From the NCBI GenBank assembly GCA_013265495.1, contig MU058287.1:62001-126000 (forward strand): DNA of 64,000 nucleotides, given 5' to 3'. The position numbers were made by a program, and so were the translations under genes. Positions 1-12,329 of the stretch are shown here, in pieces. Source of the DNA: Vicugna vicugna (Eukaryota). Below the pieces are notes generated by a model. The model did not search any database. It was given only the letters and a program-made list of their open reading frames with translations, and was not told the origin of the DNA. Position 1 is the stretch's first letter. Each line of letters opens with the position of its first letter.

Positions 1-2450
1 TAGTGAAAATCTCTACCCCATCCCTCAGAGGAAACCATATGGTATACATCCTTCCAGCTTTTAACTGTGTTTATGCAAAAGTATGTAAACATACTATCAA
101 AAATATATCATATTGTATGCATGTGTGTATTCAACTTGCACTTGCTTTTTAATTTAACAATAAACATTGGGCATCTTTCTACATCAATACACACAGAATC
201 ATCCCATTTTTAATAGCTGCATAGTATTCCACTCTTTCATATGTGGGTATCATAGTTCATTTAACCAGTCCCTCGATCATCAACAGTTGGGTTATGTTTA
301 TGTTTTTGCTGAAGGTAGCAGCGTTATACATACACATCTGTGATTACTTGGGCAATATTTCTGCATGGTAAATTCTTAGGAGAGAGTTACTAGAATGATC
401 TATCATTCCAATTTATACCTCTACCAAGAAAGTATGAAAAACTCTGTTTTCCTACAGTCATACCTAATGTTGTAAGTTTTTAATCCTTTCATTCTTTGTT
501 AGGCTACATGAAATTCACTCTCAGAAGTGAGTTTGAGTGTCTTTTTAAAAATGTTTAATGATCGCCTAAGTTCTTTTATGAATTTTATGTTCATAATTTG
601 TGTATTTCCCATAGGGATGTTTTCCTTTATCTCACAGATCTGTGACTGTTGAATTTCCCTCCTTTGTTATTTGTCTTTTGTCTTTGTTTATATAGTCATT
701 TCTATTCATCTTTTTCTCTATGGTTTTTATCATGTTGTTATTTAGCAAGGTGTTCCCCACATAAAAATTATTTTCTCCTGGGACATTTGTTATTTTTGTG
801 ATATGTTCTAATAAATTTACAGGTCTAGACTTCATTAATCTTTTTTATATTTTTCTTGCCTGTTCTAACTTATTTATTCATTTTCAAATGAAATTGAACA
901 TTAATTTTTCAAGGTTCCAAAAATGCTACATTTAGTTTTCAATAGTAGCTGCAATAACCTTATTATAATTTATCACTTTATACTGATTCCCCAAAATGGT
1001 TATGTTTCTTCTTTATTTCAGTCTTCTTTTTGTATTTCATTAAAGGCTTGTGTCTTTCTTGTTGGCTCTATTTCTAAATATGTTTATCAATGTTGTTAAT
1101 GAGTCTTCGTTCCCATTTCATTTTCTAACTTGTCATTGATTTTTGGTATATTACTCTTGAATTGCCTTTTTCCCTAAACTTACTTTCTGTTGCTGTTAAT
1201 ATATCATATAACTTTTTTGGTTTTGCTCTAGGAGGTTATATAATTTTTGTTAAGTGATAGTACATTTTCTTCCAATATGTATACTTGATTTCTTTTTCTT
1301 ATATTCTTTCATTGGTTAGAAGTTTCAGAATATTATTGACTGACAGTGGTATAAGCCAAAAGATTTCTTTATGACTTCAATATAATTACTTCTGATATTT
1401 AATTACTAAGTATTATATTTGTTCTGGATTTCTGAAAAATATTCCTTATCACATTAAGAAAGTTTGCTACTCTCACAGCTAAGTATTTTAATCAGAAGGA
1501 ATGTTGAGATTTATAAAATGCCCTTTTAGCATCTACTAAAAATTAAATGTTCATATTTTCAATGTTGAATAATTTTTGTGATCCTGAATAGATTTAATAG
1601 GATAAAGTGTATTACTCTTTTAATACACTGCTGGATTTGGCATTTCATAATAGATCATTTTTATTTGTGTTTATCAGAGATATTAGGCCATGATTATGTG
1701 ATTATATTTATAAGGTTTACTGTATCAAAGTTATGCTTTTTAGAGCTTTACAGTAGTTAAATAATATAAAACTTAACTGTTTATTAAATATTTGATTAAA
1801 CATTTCTGAGAAAACCAAGAGGGCCCAGAGCAATTTTGTCAGAGTTTTGATAAAATTTCCAGCTTTTCTATGGATATTAATCTATTTAGGATTCCTAGAC
1901 TTCATTTAGTAAAATTAAACTTTTCTTTCCCTAGAAAAAGATCTATTTTCAACTTTTATTTGCAAGAATGTACATAAACTTTATTTTAAAATTATAATTT
2001 CTTCTTTTTTATACTTCTTTTCTCTTTTCTAATATTATATTTGTGTTTTCTTTTGGCTAAATTTACCAGAGTTTGGTTGGTTTGTTCATTTTGTTTTGTT
2101 TTGTTTTTACAGTTTTTCAAATAATAGTTCACTGTTTTTACCAAAAAACTAATATTTGGATTTCTCCTTGTTAAATAATTGCTTTTAGATATTTTTCTGT
2201 TTCTTCTGATTTATTTAGCTCTTTTTAAATTTCCTAAGTGATAGATTTCAATTATTTCTAATACATTTGATTTTAAGTTATAATTTGTCTACATCTCATA
2301 CAATTATGCTGTTAGGGTTTTTCCCTCTGTTACAGGGATTATCTAGAAGTTTGTATTTTTATTTCCAGTTGATATTAAAAATTGACTCTTTTTGATGTTA
2401 ATGTCTACATTTATTGCACTGAAGGAAACATATTTCTTCTTTACATTAAT
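1..2450 (-). mobile_element. Ancient degraded LINE-1 (L1M/L1ME-type) fragments
   Basis: T-rich sequence with motifs typical of antisense L1 3' regions, e.g. 'gctgcatagtattccac' and 'catttaaccagtccc'. Confidence 0.6.
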
Positions 2451-2899
2451 TTTCAAATACATATACTTTTAAATTACACAAGTAGAATATGAATACTTTT
2501 TTCAGTGGAAGATTCATATAATGTAGGTAAGGCAGTTTCCTCATCTATCTTTAGTGCAGCCTTAGTTATTGATTTATTGTATATCCTTTCAACCTCTGCT
2601 CTATTCATTTTTCATGCTGTTGCTAGTGATTAGTACTACATTACACTTATTGCATGTGAGCTTGTCTTCTATAGGAATTACATTTTCTAGGGATCCACAA
2701 CATCCCCTGGGGTCTTCTCAATGAGAACCAAAATATTTGCTTCAGGAGCTGAGAATTTTAAGCTTGTAATGGATCAGAATCAAGACTCCTGGCATTAGAC
2801 TCCTTGCACTAAGCAGAGAGCAGGAAATCACTGACATGTCCATGAATAGGGACTTGAAATTCACCCTTCAGCTGGAGTTTGAGAACTAAATCAAGCTAC

Positions 2900-3720
2900 C
2901 TGTCTTTGACCAGGGACAAAATACATTCACATAGGTTCAGACACCCAGCATCATAAAACCAAGTAAAAATTCCTTTTGAACTATTGAATCCCATAGAGTC
3001 AGGGCAAAATCAACACAAAATTGTTCAATAATAAGGCCCCAGAGCATGTGATGAACTCTTTAAAGATATAAAATACCTAATTATCATGAAAGACAACCTA
3101 CAGACCCAATAAATGGAAAAGTTAACTTCTGAGAAAGTAAAAATATTAGACTCATTGGAAAGGGACTTGACTATTAATATGTTTAAATCATTCAAAGAAA
3201 TAAAGTATTTGGTCCACAAAAGGAAAGCAATGACTGTGAATCAAGAACAAATGAATATAAGAAAGAACCTAATTGAAACTGTAAAAATGAAAAAATATAA
3301 GGTTGTTGAAATAAAAGTCTTCAATATAGGAGTTAATAGTAGATTAGATGCGACATAAGAGTAAACCAGTGAGTTAGAAGACAGATTTGAGGAGATAATC
3401 CTGAATTCATCACAGAGAAATAAAGAGATAGAAAACATGAAGGAGAATTTAGGGGACATGGAAAACTGATGGAAGAGTTTTCCTACAGGGGCTTCTAAAG
3501 AAGAGAATAAAGACAATAAGGAGAGGGGATATTCAATAGTTTATATAAAGAGTACCTGAAAATTTTCCAGAACTGAATAAATACTGAAAATGCATAAGCA
3601 TGTTAAATATATAATCTACATCTAGATACATAATATCATGCATAACATCAATTACTTTAAAAAATTCTGCAAGCTACCAAGGAGAAAGTACAGATCGTCC
3701 TTAAGCAATGTAGATGCACA
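2900..3720 (+). mobile_element. Degraded L1/HAL1 ORF1-region remnant
   Basis: A-rich. ORF 3113-3358 (ILDSLERDLTINMFKSFKEIK...GVNSRLD) resembles the L1 ORF1p N-terminal coiled-coil region, with stops and frameshifts. Confidence 0.6.
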
Positions 3721-3724
3721 ACAT

Positions 3725-4230
3725 TTTTCCTGGTAACTACAGATCTAATCTCTTTTTCTATGAGTTTGTTTGTTTTTGAAGTATAATTGACCTACTACAC
3801 TATGTTAGTTCCTGTTATACAACATAGTGATTCAATATTTCTATATATTTCAAACTGATCACCATGATAAGTCTAGTTATGACATCTCACCATACAAAGA
3901 TATTACAGTTACTAACTATATTCTCCACACTGTACATTTCATAGCCATGACTCATTTTGCAACTGAAACTTTGTCCCTCTTAATCTCCCTCACCTATTTC
4001 TTTCCTTCCCCCACCTCTTTCCTCTCTGGTAACCACCTGTTTCTTTGTTGTATCTATAACTCTGTTTTTGTTTTGTTATCCTTGTTCATTTGTTTTTAGA
4101 TACTACCTATAAGTGAAATACAGTATTTATTTTTCTTTGAGTTATTTCACTTAGCATAATATCCTGTAGTTCCATCTATGTTGTCACAAATGGCAAGATT
4201 TCATTCTTTGTTATGGCTGAGTAGTATTCC

Positions 4231-4269
<39 letters not shown>

Positions 4270-4470
4270 CCACCTGTTGATGGATACTTTGGTTGCTTCC
4301 ACATCTTGGCCATTGTAAATAATGAGCAATGAGCAGAGGGGTGCATGTATCTTTTGCAATTAGTGTCTCTGTTTTCTTTGTATAAATACCTGGGAGTGGA
4401 ATTGCTGGATCATATGGTAGTTCTATTTTTAATTTTTTGAGCAATCTCCATACTATTTTCTACAGCATAT
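3725..4470 (-). mobile_element. 5'-truncated LINE-1 (ORF2 C-terminus plus 3' UTR)
   Basis: Minus-strand ORF 4211-4444 ([20 protein letters not shown]...DTCTP) is the L1 ORF2p C-terminal motif. Confidence 0.88.
4233..4267. repeat. (TG)17 microsatellite inside the L1
   Basis: Perfect dinucleotide run read directly. Confidence 0.95.
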
Positions 4471-5091
4471 TTTCCATAGTATAAGTTTTCCAATATATAT
4501 TAAAGTAGAAGAAAAGAGTATGTTGAAAGATAATAATTCATCAGTTTAAGCAAGATGTAAAGGAACATCATTATGTAATTTTGAAAAATAATGAAACAAT
4601 ATAATTATTGTTTCATAATCTGGAGATGAAAATGTAGTTTATGTGAAAGGGATGATGAAAAAATGGAACATAAGTAAGTACTGATAAAGCATTCATTAAA
4701 AGAAGATAGCTCAAATTTTTGAAAGTTAACTTCGGATGCCTCAGTTACTATGAAACTAAATGGCGTCATCAAATAATAACAAAAAAATTGTCAATAATGG
4801 AAGTTTTATGACAATTATTATAAAATGATTTGTGGCTCAGGGAATTCATATGTAAAATTTTCTCATCTTTATGCATCAGATAATGATGTCCACAAAGATG
4901 CTGAGATACAGATGTTGTTTCTGCTTCATATGATATGTTTCAGATATTAGTGTGGGTGGAGGAGGCAGCTGCCTGTGAGGGGAGGTGGGAACTGTAACAG
5001 ATGAGAAAACACAACCAAAATCACACGGCTGATCAGTAGCAGAAGGAGAATCAAACCTGGGGTGTGATTCGCACTGACTGGCAGCATCGGG

Positions 5092-5330
5092 GAGCATGGT
5101 GTTATGATTAAGAACCCAAAACACATGGTTTCATATCCCAGTTCTGCCATTTGCTGGCTGTGTGGCTTTGGGCAGTTTACCTAATTTTCTCTGTGTCTCC
5201 ATTTCCTTTTATATAAAATACAGATAACAATAGTAACCATCCCCAGTGAGGATAAGAAGAGTTAATATTTGCAAAGTGCTTAGATCAGAGCCTGGCCCAC
5301 AATAAGTGTTACATGAGTGTTTATTAAATA
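5092..5330 (+). mobile_element. MIR SINE
   Basis: MIR core 'tcccagttctgccatttgctggctgtgtggctttgggcagtttacctaa' and 3' 'gcaaagtgcttagatcagagcctggcccac'. Confidence 0.85.
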
Positions 5331-5429
5331 AAAAATATATACATTTGAACCCTGATCTCCTTAATACTATCCTCTATCCTATGACTCAGCACTTTTTGAA
5401 GCATGTCAGGAATCAACCCAAGTATCTCC

Positions 5430-5760
5430 TTGTATCATCATTTAGTAGCATGTGACAGAAGTCCCTACTACATTGCTTTAAACAAATAGGGGATATTTGT
5501 CTCACATCACAAGAAGTCTTGAAGGAGGACACTGCCAGCATTGGTTCAGCAGGTTATGGACATCAGGGTAGATGCCTCTGAGATTCTCTGATTCTGTTCT
5601 TCATGCTACAAGACGGCTCCTGTAGCTCCAGTCGTCATATACCTAGTGAAACAGGAAGAAAAGGGATGAGGGGGCTTGTACTAGTGAAATATTTCTCAGA
5701 GGCCCTTTCAGCAGATTCCGACTTTACAGGGAATCATGGCTTAGCCCAGCCATATCACTG
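5430..5760. mobile_element. Old MaLR LTR fragment (MLT1J/K-like)
   Basis: 'gtgacagaa...gctttaaacaaatagggg...tctcacatcacaagaagtc' and 'caagacggctcctgtagctccag' motifs. Confidence 0.6.
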
Positions 5761-6699
5761 TGTTCCCAGGTGACCTTCCAAACATCCTCTGTTATCTTCT
5801 TCCGTGTTCAGAGTCCAGGTGTCAGCAATGTGAGCAATTCATCTGCTTTTTCTGACACATGAATTTTTGAGAGGAATGCCAAAGTGGATGCTCGGCTTCT
5901 GGGGTCGGGGATGAGGTGTCAGAACCAACCTGGGCTCCAACTTGTCCACTTGGCTACCGGAGTCTTCCCTCAGAACGAGGGAATCCGGGGTTCTCTCCTC
6001 TCTCAGTTGGTCAGCTTCACATTCATTTAAACTGGCTTCTGGCACTTGGTAAGGCTGCTTAATGCTGCGATCTCTCATGGTAAATCATGTTTCCTGAAAA
6101 CAAAATGATGGTGTTTGGTTTAATTTTGTTGAACTCCTCTTTAGTGCTAGAAGTTTATTATACTAGTTTCTAAAATGGACTTTTAACTAGCTCTGAAGAT
6201 AACTAACACAGAGGGCCAATAAATGGCCTGCAGACATTTTAGCTGCCCTTGATTCTGGAGAAAAGTTCCTTAATATGGTAGGAAGCAGCAACCCATCCCT
6301 CCATCCCTGCATTCCACATTTTCTGTGATATTGCCTTAGTGCAGAGGCTACCAGTTCTCCCAAAGGCTTACCTTTTATGGACAAAGAGCCTGGGACCCAA
6401 GGGGATTGTTTAATTAGCTGCTTCACATAATTTCAAACTATTGGGGAATACACTTTCCAACTTACAAAAGAGAGAGAATGCTTGCTGACAATCCCCTATG
6501 AAATGGCTACTTCCATGGGAAGGGCATCCCAGGAACCCTCCTGCTAAGAGCTAGGAGGGTGACGGTGGTTGTGCAGGGATACTCACAGGCTGCCCCACCA
6601 GGAAAAGATGCTCCGATTGCCACAGTATAATGTGACAGTGCTACCTAGCTGGCAAAGTGTTTGCAAATACAGGCATTATTAAAGAATTTTTTTTTGCCA

Positions 6700-7170
6700 G
6701 AGCTAGGCTTTGAGAGATGAGTAGAATTTTGACAGATGGAGAAGGTGCTATATGAATCATTAGTGACTGAGGGGCATGGAAGAGTGAAAGTAAATGTTGA
6801 CTTTGGAAGGGTATTCCTATGATAATGGAATGCATAATTATTTTAAAAGATGCAGTAATGGAAGTCGAAACACTGGGTTTAGGTCAGATAAATGGAAGAT
6901 GTTGAACAGCAAGCCAAGGGAGTGAGATTTCCTGTAGGCCATGGGGAGTCACTGACTATTTTTGAGGAGAGGAATGTTATAAGCTGACCTATACTTTCAG
7001 GAAGATGATTCTTGTGGCAGTGATCAGTGGGACAGGGAGATGCAAGATGGAGGCAGGAAGATCCGTGACAGCGCTCATGCAGTAAGGCGACAGCAGTAGA
7101 AATAAAAAATGAAGGCTCGGCATTGAGAAATGTTGCAGAGAATGAGCTACTGGGATTTGACTACTGATGC
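6700..7170 (-). mobile_element. L2 LINE fragment
   Basis: Purine-rich antisense-L2 pattern: 'gtaggccatggggagtcactga...tttcaggaagatgattcttgtggcagtg'. Confidence 0.65.
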
Positions 7171-7199
7171 TAGTGGTCTCCCAATATGTCTGTTTTCTC

Positions 7200-7632
7200 C
7201 CTGTGTGAGTTTCCTGGAGATGCCATTAACAAAGTTCCACAAACTGATGGCTTAAAGCAACAGAAATGTACTGTCTTACAGTTCTGGAGGCTCGATATCA
7301 AGGTGTCAGCAGGGCTGGTTCCTTCTGAGACCTGTGAAGGAGACTCTGTTCCAGGCCTCTCCCAGCTTCTGGTGGCAGTCTGCAGTCCTTAGCATTCCCT
7401 GGCTCGTCATGACTCCAGTCTCCAGTCCATCTTCACATGGCATTCTCGCTGTGTGGCTCCGTCCTCTTCTAAGGACACCATATTGAGTTACGGTTCTGCC
7501 CTATGCCAGGATGATGTCATCTTAACTAATCACATCTGCAATGACGCTATTTCCAGATAAGGCCACTTTCTGAGGCACAGGGGATTAGAACTCTAACATA
7601 CTTCCTTGGAGGACACAATTCAACCCATAATA
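7200..7632 (-). mobile_element. MaLR solo LTR (MLT1A-C-like)
   Basis: Ends in 'ggacacaattcaacccataata', the reverse complement of the MLT1 start. Contains 'cacaaactgatggcttaaagcaacagaaatg...acagttctggaggc'. Confidence 0.88.
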
Positions 7633-9439
7633 TTCCCCTTCCGTACCAATGGAGCCCTCATTTGGGGCCAGGCAGGCCCAGAATGGAGCCTTTTTTTTTT
7701 TTCACTTTGGTCACATGCAAGAGTGCTGGCCAGCGAGGTGAAGGTGGGAGGGTGACATGGTAGCTGCTTCTGCAAATCTTCCTTAAAGGACAGGGTCCAG
7801 GTGCCCTTTCGACCTGTCTTCATGTTTTCTTTCATCCTGCTTCCAGGAATACGGCTGTCAATTTTGGCGGAAGTAATCTCAGCTCCTATGGATAGAGGAG
7901 GAGGAGAAGATTTGATTCTGAAGCAGGCCTGACAGGGTGTTTTGGACACCTTGGAGAAGATGTTAACAGGGAACTCTTTCAAAAGGATAATCCCAAAGTC
8001 CCAACCGACAGCCTGCTAGCTGACTCTAGCATATAGGACTGATGTTGTTTTGGCTGACACAATTTTTTAAAAATATGAATTAAAATGAATTAAAATACAT
8101 CTATGTAGGGCATTTTCTATAGTTTGTCATAGAGCTAATCTTACCCTATGACCTTACACCCAGTTTTACTTAATTACATGCCTGGTCTCTGAAGGATTAG
8201 GGTTTAAGACCTCTGAAATATCTTTAAAATATTGCTCAACATTTATTTAGACCAGAGGCTGAAGGCTGTGGGGGAAGAGACCCCTGACAGTGGCGATCTG
8301 CCTCTTTTCTACTCCTCAGAGCAAGGGAGCTCCAGTCCCAAACTCCTGTATGTAGTCTACTCAGCAAAACAAAAGCCCTGCAATTACTCGCCAGGGAGAA
8401 GAAATTTAGCAATGATTTAGTTACTCTAGAATGCTTTACGAGGGCTCTCTCACCAGTCACCCATCCACTGAAGCAGTTCTCTTCAAAAAACACACAGTTT
8501 CCTCCCCGAGAACAATTCTAGTAAGTGGATTACCTTCGACTTGCCACACTTCCAGGGATATTTTAACATCATTAAGACACTGGCACCCCCAGGCCATCTG
8601 GCTCTTCTAACATAGCACACTGGTGATGTTTCCAGAGACTGGGGACACTGCAGAGGGGGCAGTTTTTGAGAAGGAAATAATGAGTAAATGCAGAATCTGA
8701 GCTGCCTGGAAGCCACGCATGGGGATTGTTCAGAGCAGGAACACTACAGCCTGTATCTTGGAGGGGGACGGGCAAAGTGGGCTTCCTCTGAGCCCTGCCT
8801 GATGCGCTGGGTGTGGATATGTGCACACCGAGGGAGCACTCCTAGCAGGATGATTAGCTTTGGCAAATTTACCGACAGACCTCAAGTAGTGAGGGGGATG
8901 TTTCAGATCCACATGAGATCTAGCCGGTGACTCACACCAAAACTCGGCACTACTTTTCCTAAAGCTTTTCAGAGACTCTTTGTAGACTCTTTAGTGTTTA
9001 GAACTCTCATAACTTAGTAGGGTTCTGTACTGCAAATATGGTCCAATTTGAAATTTGAAAAAACTGTTGCAGTCAGCAAAATCAGCACAACTGCTGGTAG
9101 CTGCTGCTTATCCGGCCTGCAAATAACAACTCTTCCAGATTAATAGCAAAAAAAAAAAAAAAACAAAAAAAACTGACTAATGAAACACATTGGCACTATG
9201 TTTCACCTCTAAGGCAATTTTGAAAATCTGTAATGAGGGTCAATTTTTTGGAAGAGGAGTGATTTTTACCTACTCCTTTCACTTAAATCTTAATCTTCCC
9301 AACTGCCCTCTAGGGCAAAAAAGCTTTCCTTGGACCCTCCCTCTATATAAACCTGTGTGAACAGATACACATATTAGGTTATGAGGGTGATTTCTTAACT
9401 GATTTTGAGCTACAGGTAATCCCTAAAAAGTGACTTTCT

Positions 9440-9800
9440 CAGCTTAATATGCAGACGTTACTATGTATCTACAGTGATTAAAAAACTGGAAACAAATTAA
9501 ATATCCAAAAGTAGAGAAAAGTTTCAGCAAAATATGATATGTTCATGTTATGTCATGCTATGCAACCATTAGGTATGATTTTTACAGAGTTTTAAATAAT
9601 AAGGTAAGAGTCTTACTAAATTTAAAGCAAAAAAAATCTGCTTGATGCAAATTGTTACACAGTATGTCACAGCTAAGCATATATTGCAAAAAAGACTGGC
9701 AGGTATAGGCTAAAATGTTTACAGTGCTTCTGTGGGGGATGAGAGTGCGGGAAATTTTTTTTAATTTCCTATTTTAATATCATGAATATGCTGCTTTTAT
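9440..9800 (+). mobile_element. Old L1 (L1ME-like) 3' fragment
   Basis: 'aaaaactggaaacaaattaaatatccaaaagtagagaaa...tatgcaaccatt' motif. Confidence 0.55.
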
Positions 9801-9987
9801 AATGAAGAGAAGCGAGAAACACAAAGGCATCTTTTCTGGGATACTTCCTATGCCTAAAACTTTCAAAGGGACAACCCATCTTTTATCCTTGTGGTGCAGA
9901 CACATGTGAAGGAAGAAAAATGAATTGTTTAAATATGTAAATACTGTTAGAAAATGCTTACTTAAGGTAAACAGAACCAAAGGAAGT

Positions 9988-10067
9988 GGGAACAGTATAT
10001 ATAGCTCAGTGGTAGAGCAAATGCTTAGCATGCACAAATCCCTAGGGTCAATCCCCAGTACTTTCAT

Positions 10068-10108
<41 letters not shown>

Positions 10109-10199
10109 CAAAAAACAAATAAACCCAATTACCTCCCCCCACAAAAAAAAGAACAAAAAAAGTGAAATAATTACAATAAAACAATGTAGTGTTTAAAAA
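9988..10199 (+). mobile_element. tRNA-derived SINE, camelid Vic-1-like, with target-site duplication
   Basis: Pol III A-box 'tagctcagtggtagagc', B-box-like 'gggtcaatccccagtac' and A-rich tail. TSD AGAACCAAAGGAA at 9973-9985 and 10200-10212. Confidence 0.88.
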
Positions 10200-11097
10200 A
10201 GAACCAAAGGAAATGCATAAACATTGACTATTTTAAGGGTATGCATAAAGATAATTCTTCTTCCTGAACTTCTGAGCAAATACCCATGGCTACATGAAAC
10301 TGGCTTCTTGGAATACAACGTAAGGGAGATAGAGGGTCCTTGTCATTTCCAAATTTAGCAGGGATTATCATCACCAGTATGTCAGACACTTACCCTCTCA
10401 AAAAAAAAAACTAAAAAACGAAGAATCTGTATCAGTTTTTAGAAGTACTTAAGGAAAAGTATCTTCATATATAGACTAAGAGTAAGAGCTTTTAACAGTG
10501 ATCAAAGAAATATTAATGTAACTAGAAGCTAAAATAGGGTCTTGAAATCTTCCTTTAGGAAACGTGTTTTCATGAAACTCAACTGGATAAAGCTATTCTC
10601 CTTCATCTCTACTCATTGTGAAGTAGAATGAAAAAGCTAAAATAGTGACCTGCAGATATTTCTTCTCTACAGTGTACAATAAAAAACAGTATTCTCTAAC
10701 TCAAATATAGAATCATCATGTAAATGCTTATTAGTGAATAATGTATTACAGTTCAAAACAGAGGATAATCTTTTACAGAGTGAATTTTTAAGAGCAATAT
10801 GGCATTGCATTATTTACACTGTAAAAATGCAGTCTGTGTGTAGGTTAATATTTTTTCACAAAGACATGTGAAACATGCCTAAGAGTACTAGAGATGGTCT
10901 AAAAGGCAAAATGAGCAATGTGGACACGTTAATAAATAATTATCAAGATGTTCCCAAAATTGTGGACTGACGTTTTTAAAATATTTGAATCAAAGTTTAT
11001 GCAAATGTTTCATTAAAAAAATGCCCATGAAACTCATCATCTTATTACGGTTAGTAAACCACAAAATAATAAAAGCAAACCCATTAGAAAGTTCCTC

Positions 11098-11182
11098 ATA
11101 AAGAAGAGAAAGCACCTAATAAAGTTTTCTTTGCACCGTTTTTTGCCCATTGTCAATAATTTATTTCCAGCCTTCTCCCCCA
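11098..11182 (+). repeat. 85-bp direct repeat, upstream copy
   Basis: Matches 13363-13447 at 82/85 positions with no gaps. Confidence 0.95.
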
Positions 11183-12329
11183 AAACCACTTTTTTTGAGT
11201 GCTATGGTTATTTAAAAAGAAACTGGCTACAGAAGAAAATTTTAGAATAATACGTTACATTACATTATTTAATGATGGGATATATTACATATTATAAATA
11301 AAAATAGTCCATCATTTAATGATGGGGTAAGGAGTTTTAATGATTTTCTAAATTATAAGGTAGAAAGTATATCAAACTTTGAGGATATTACATGAACTCA
11401 TAAAATTTTATTAACAACCTAATAAGATAGACAGATCTCCCATAGATCTACTTTTTAATTTTGCAATCTTATGAACGTGAAGCATGGACACACAATTAAA
11501 AAAAACACCCAACTTTTACATAAAGATAGAACTAAAAATTGTCAATAATGAATAGTTTTATGTTAGTAGACTCTTCTTGGAATTATCTTGACTTTGGGGA
11601 CATTAATTTTTATTAGCATAATTACAAAGCCAATTAGAAAAAAATCTACTGGGTTCCTTTATTTTGGATGAGAGCTTGGTTGAAAAACTTCAGGGAAGCA
11701 TTCATGATATGCTACTTTCTCTCTAACCCTTTGCTTTCCCTGCCCCCCTCACTCCAGGGTCTCTGACTCAGAGACTATTTGCAGAGAACACCTGTTTTAA
11801 ATGCATCCACAGGAAATACCTATGTTGTCTTTCATAATCTGACCCTGCATCTGGTTAGCTGAAATGTGATCATGATTAAAAAAAAAAAAAGCTGCCCACA
11901 GACTGAAGCAACTTCAATGTGACAACGTTTACTGGAAGTGGAGGGAATCCAGCTTATGCTTATTTTCCTACCATTAAGCCTTGGTTGTAGTGTAGGAAAA
12001 AATCAATACGTAAAAGGGCAAAACCATTTTAACCTCAAAAGATTAGTATTAATTTACACACACGGGTTTTACATCCAGACTCAGGATGATTGGCTCTTAA
12101 ACTGCATGCAGTTTTGTAGCAGAAACTGTTACCTGACACTCCTTTCTTTACAGCCTCTTGTCCAAGGTTCATAGTCTATCTTATTATACACTGATACGAT
12201 ATTTATATACCTCCTGTGGAAAGCGCAGGGCAGTCTATCCACTGGAATAGAATTTGCACGGGAATTTCATAGTGATTAACAGTAATCTAACACTGAAATT
12301 CCAAATGAGTTCCAAATAAAGCAGGTCAC

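Noticed and set aside
9990..10065. Possible tRNA gene (also at 53449-53520)
   Set aside because: A-rich tail, TSDs and a degenerate cloverleaf identify these as SINE heads.
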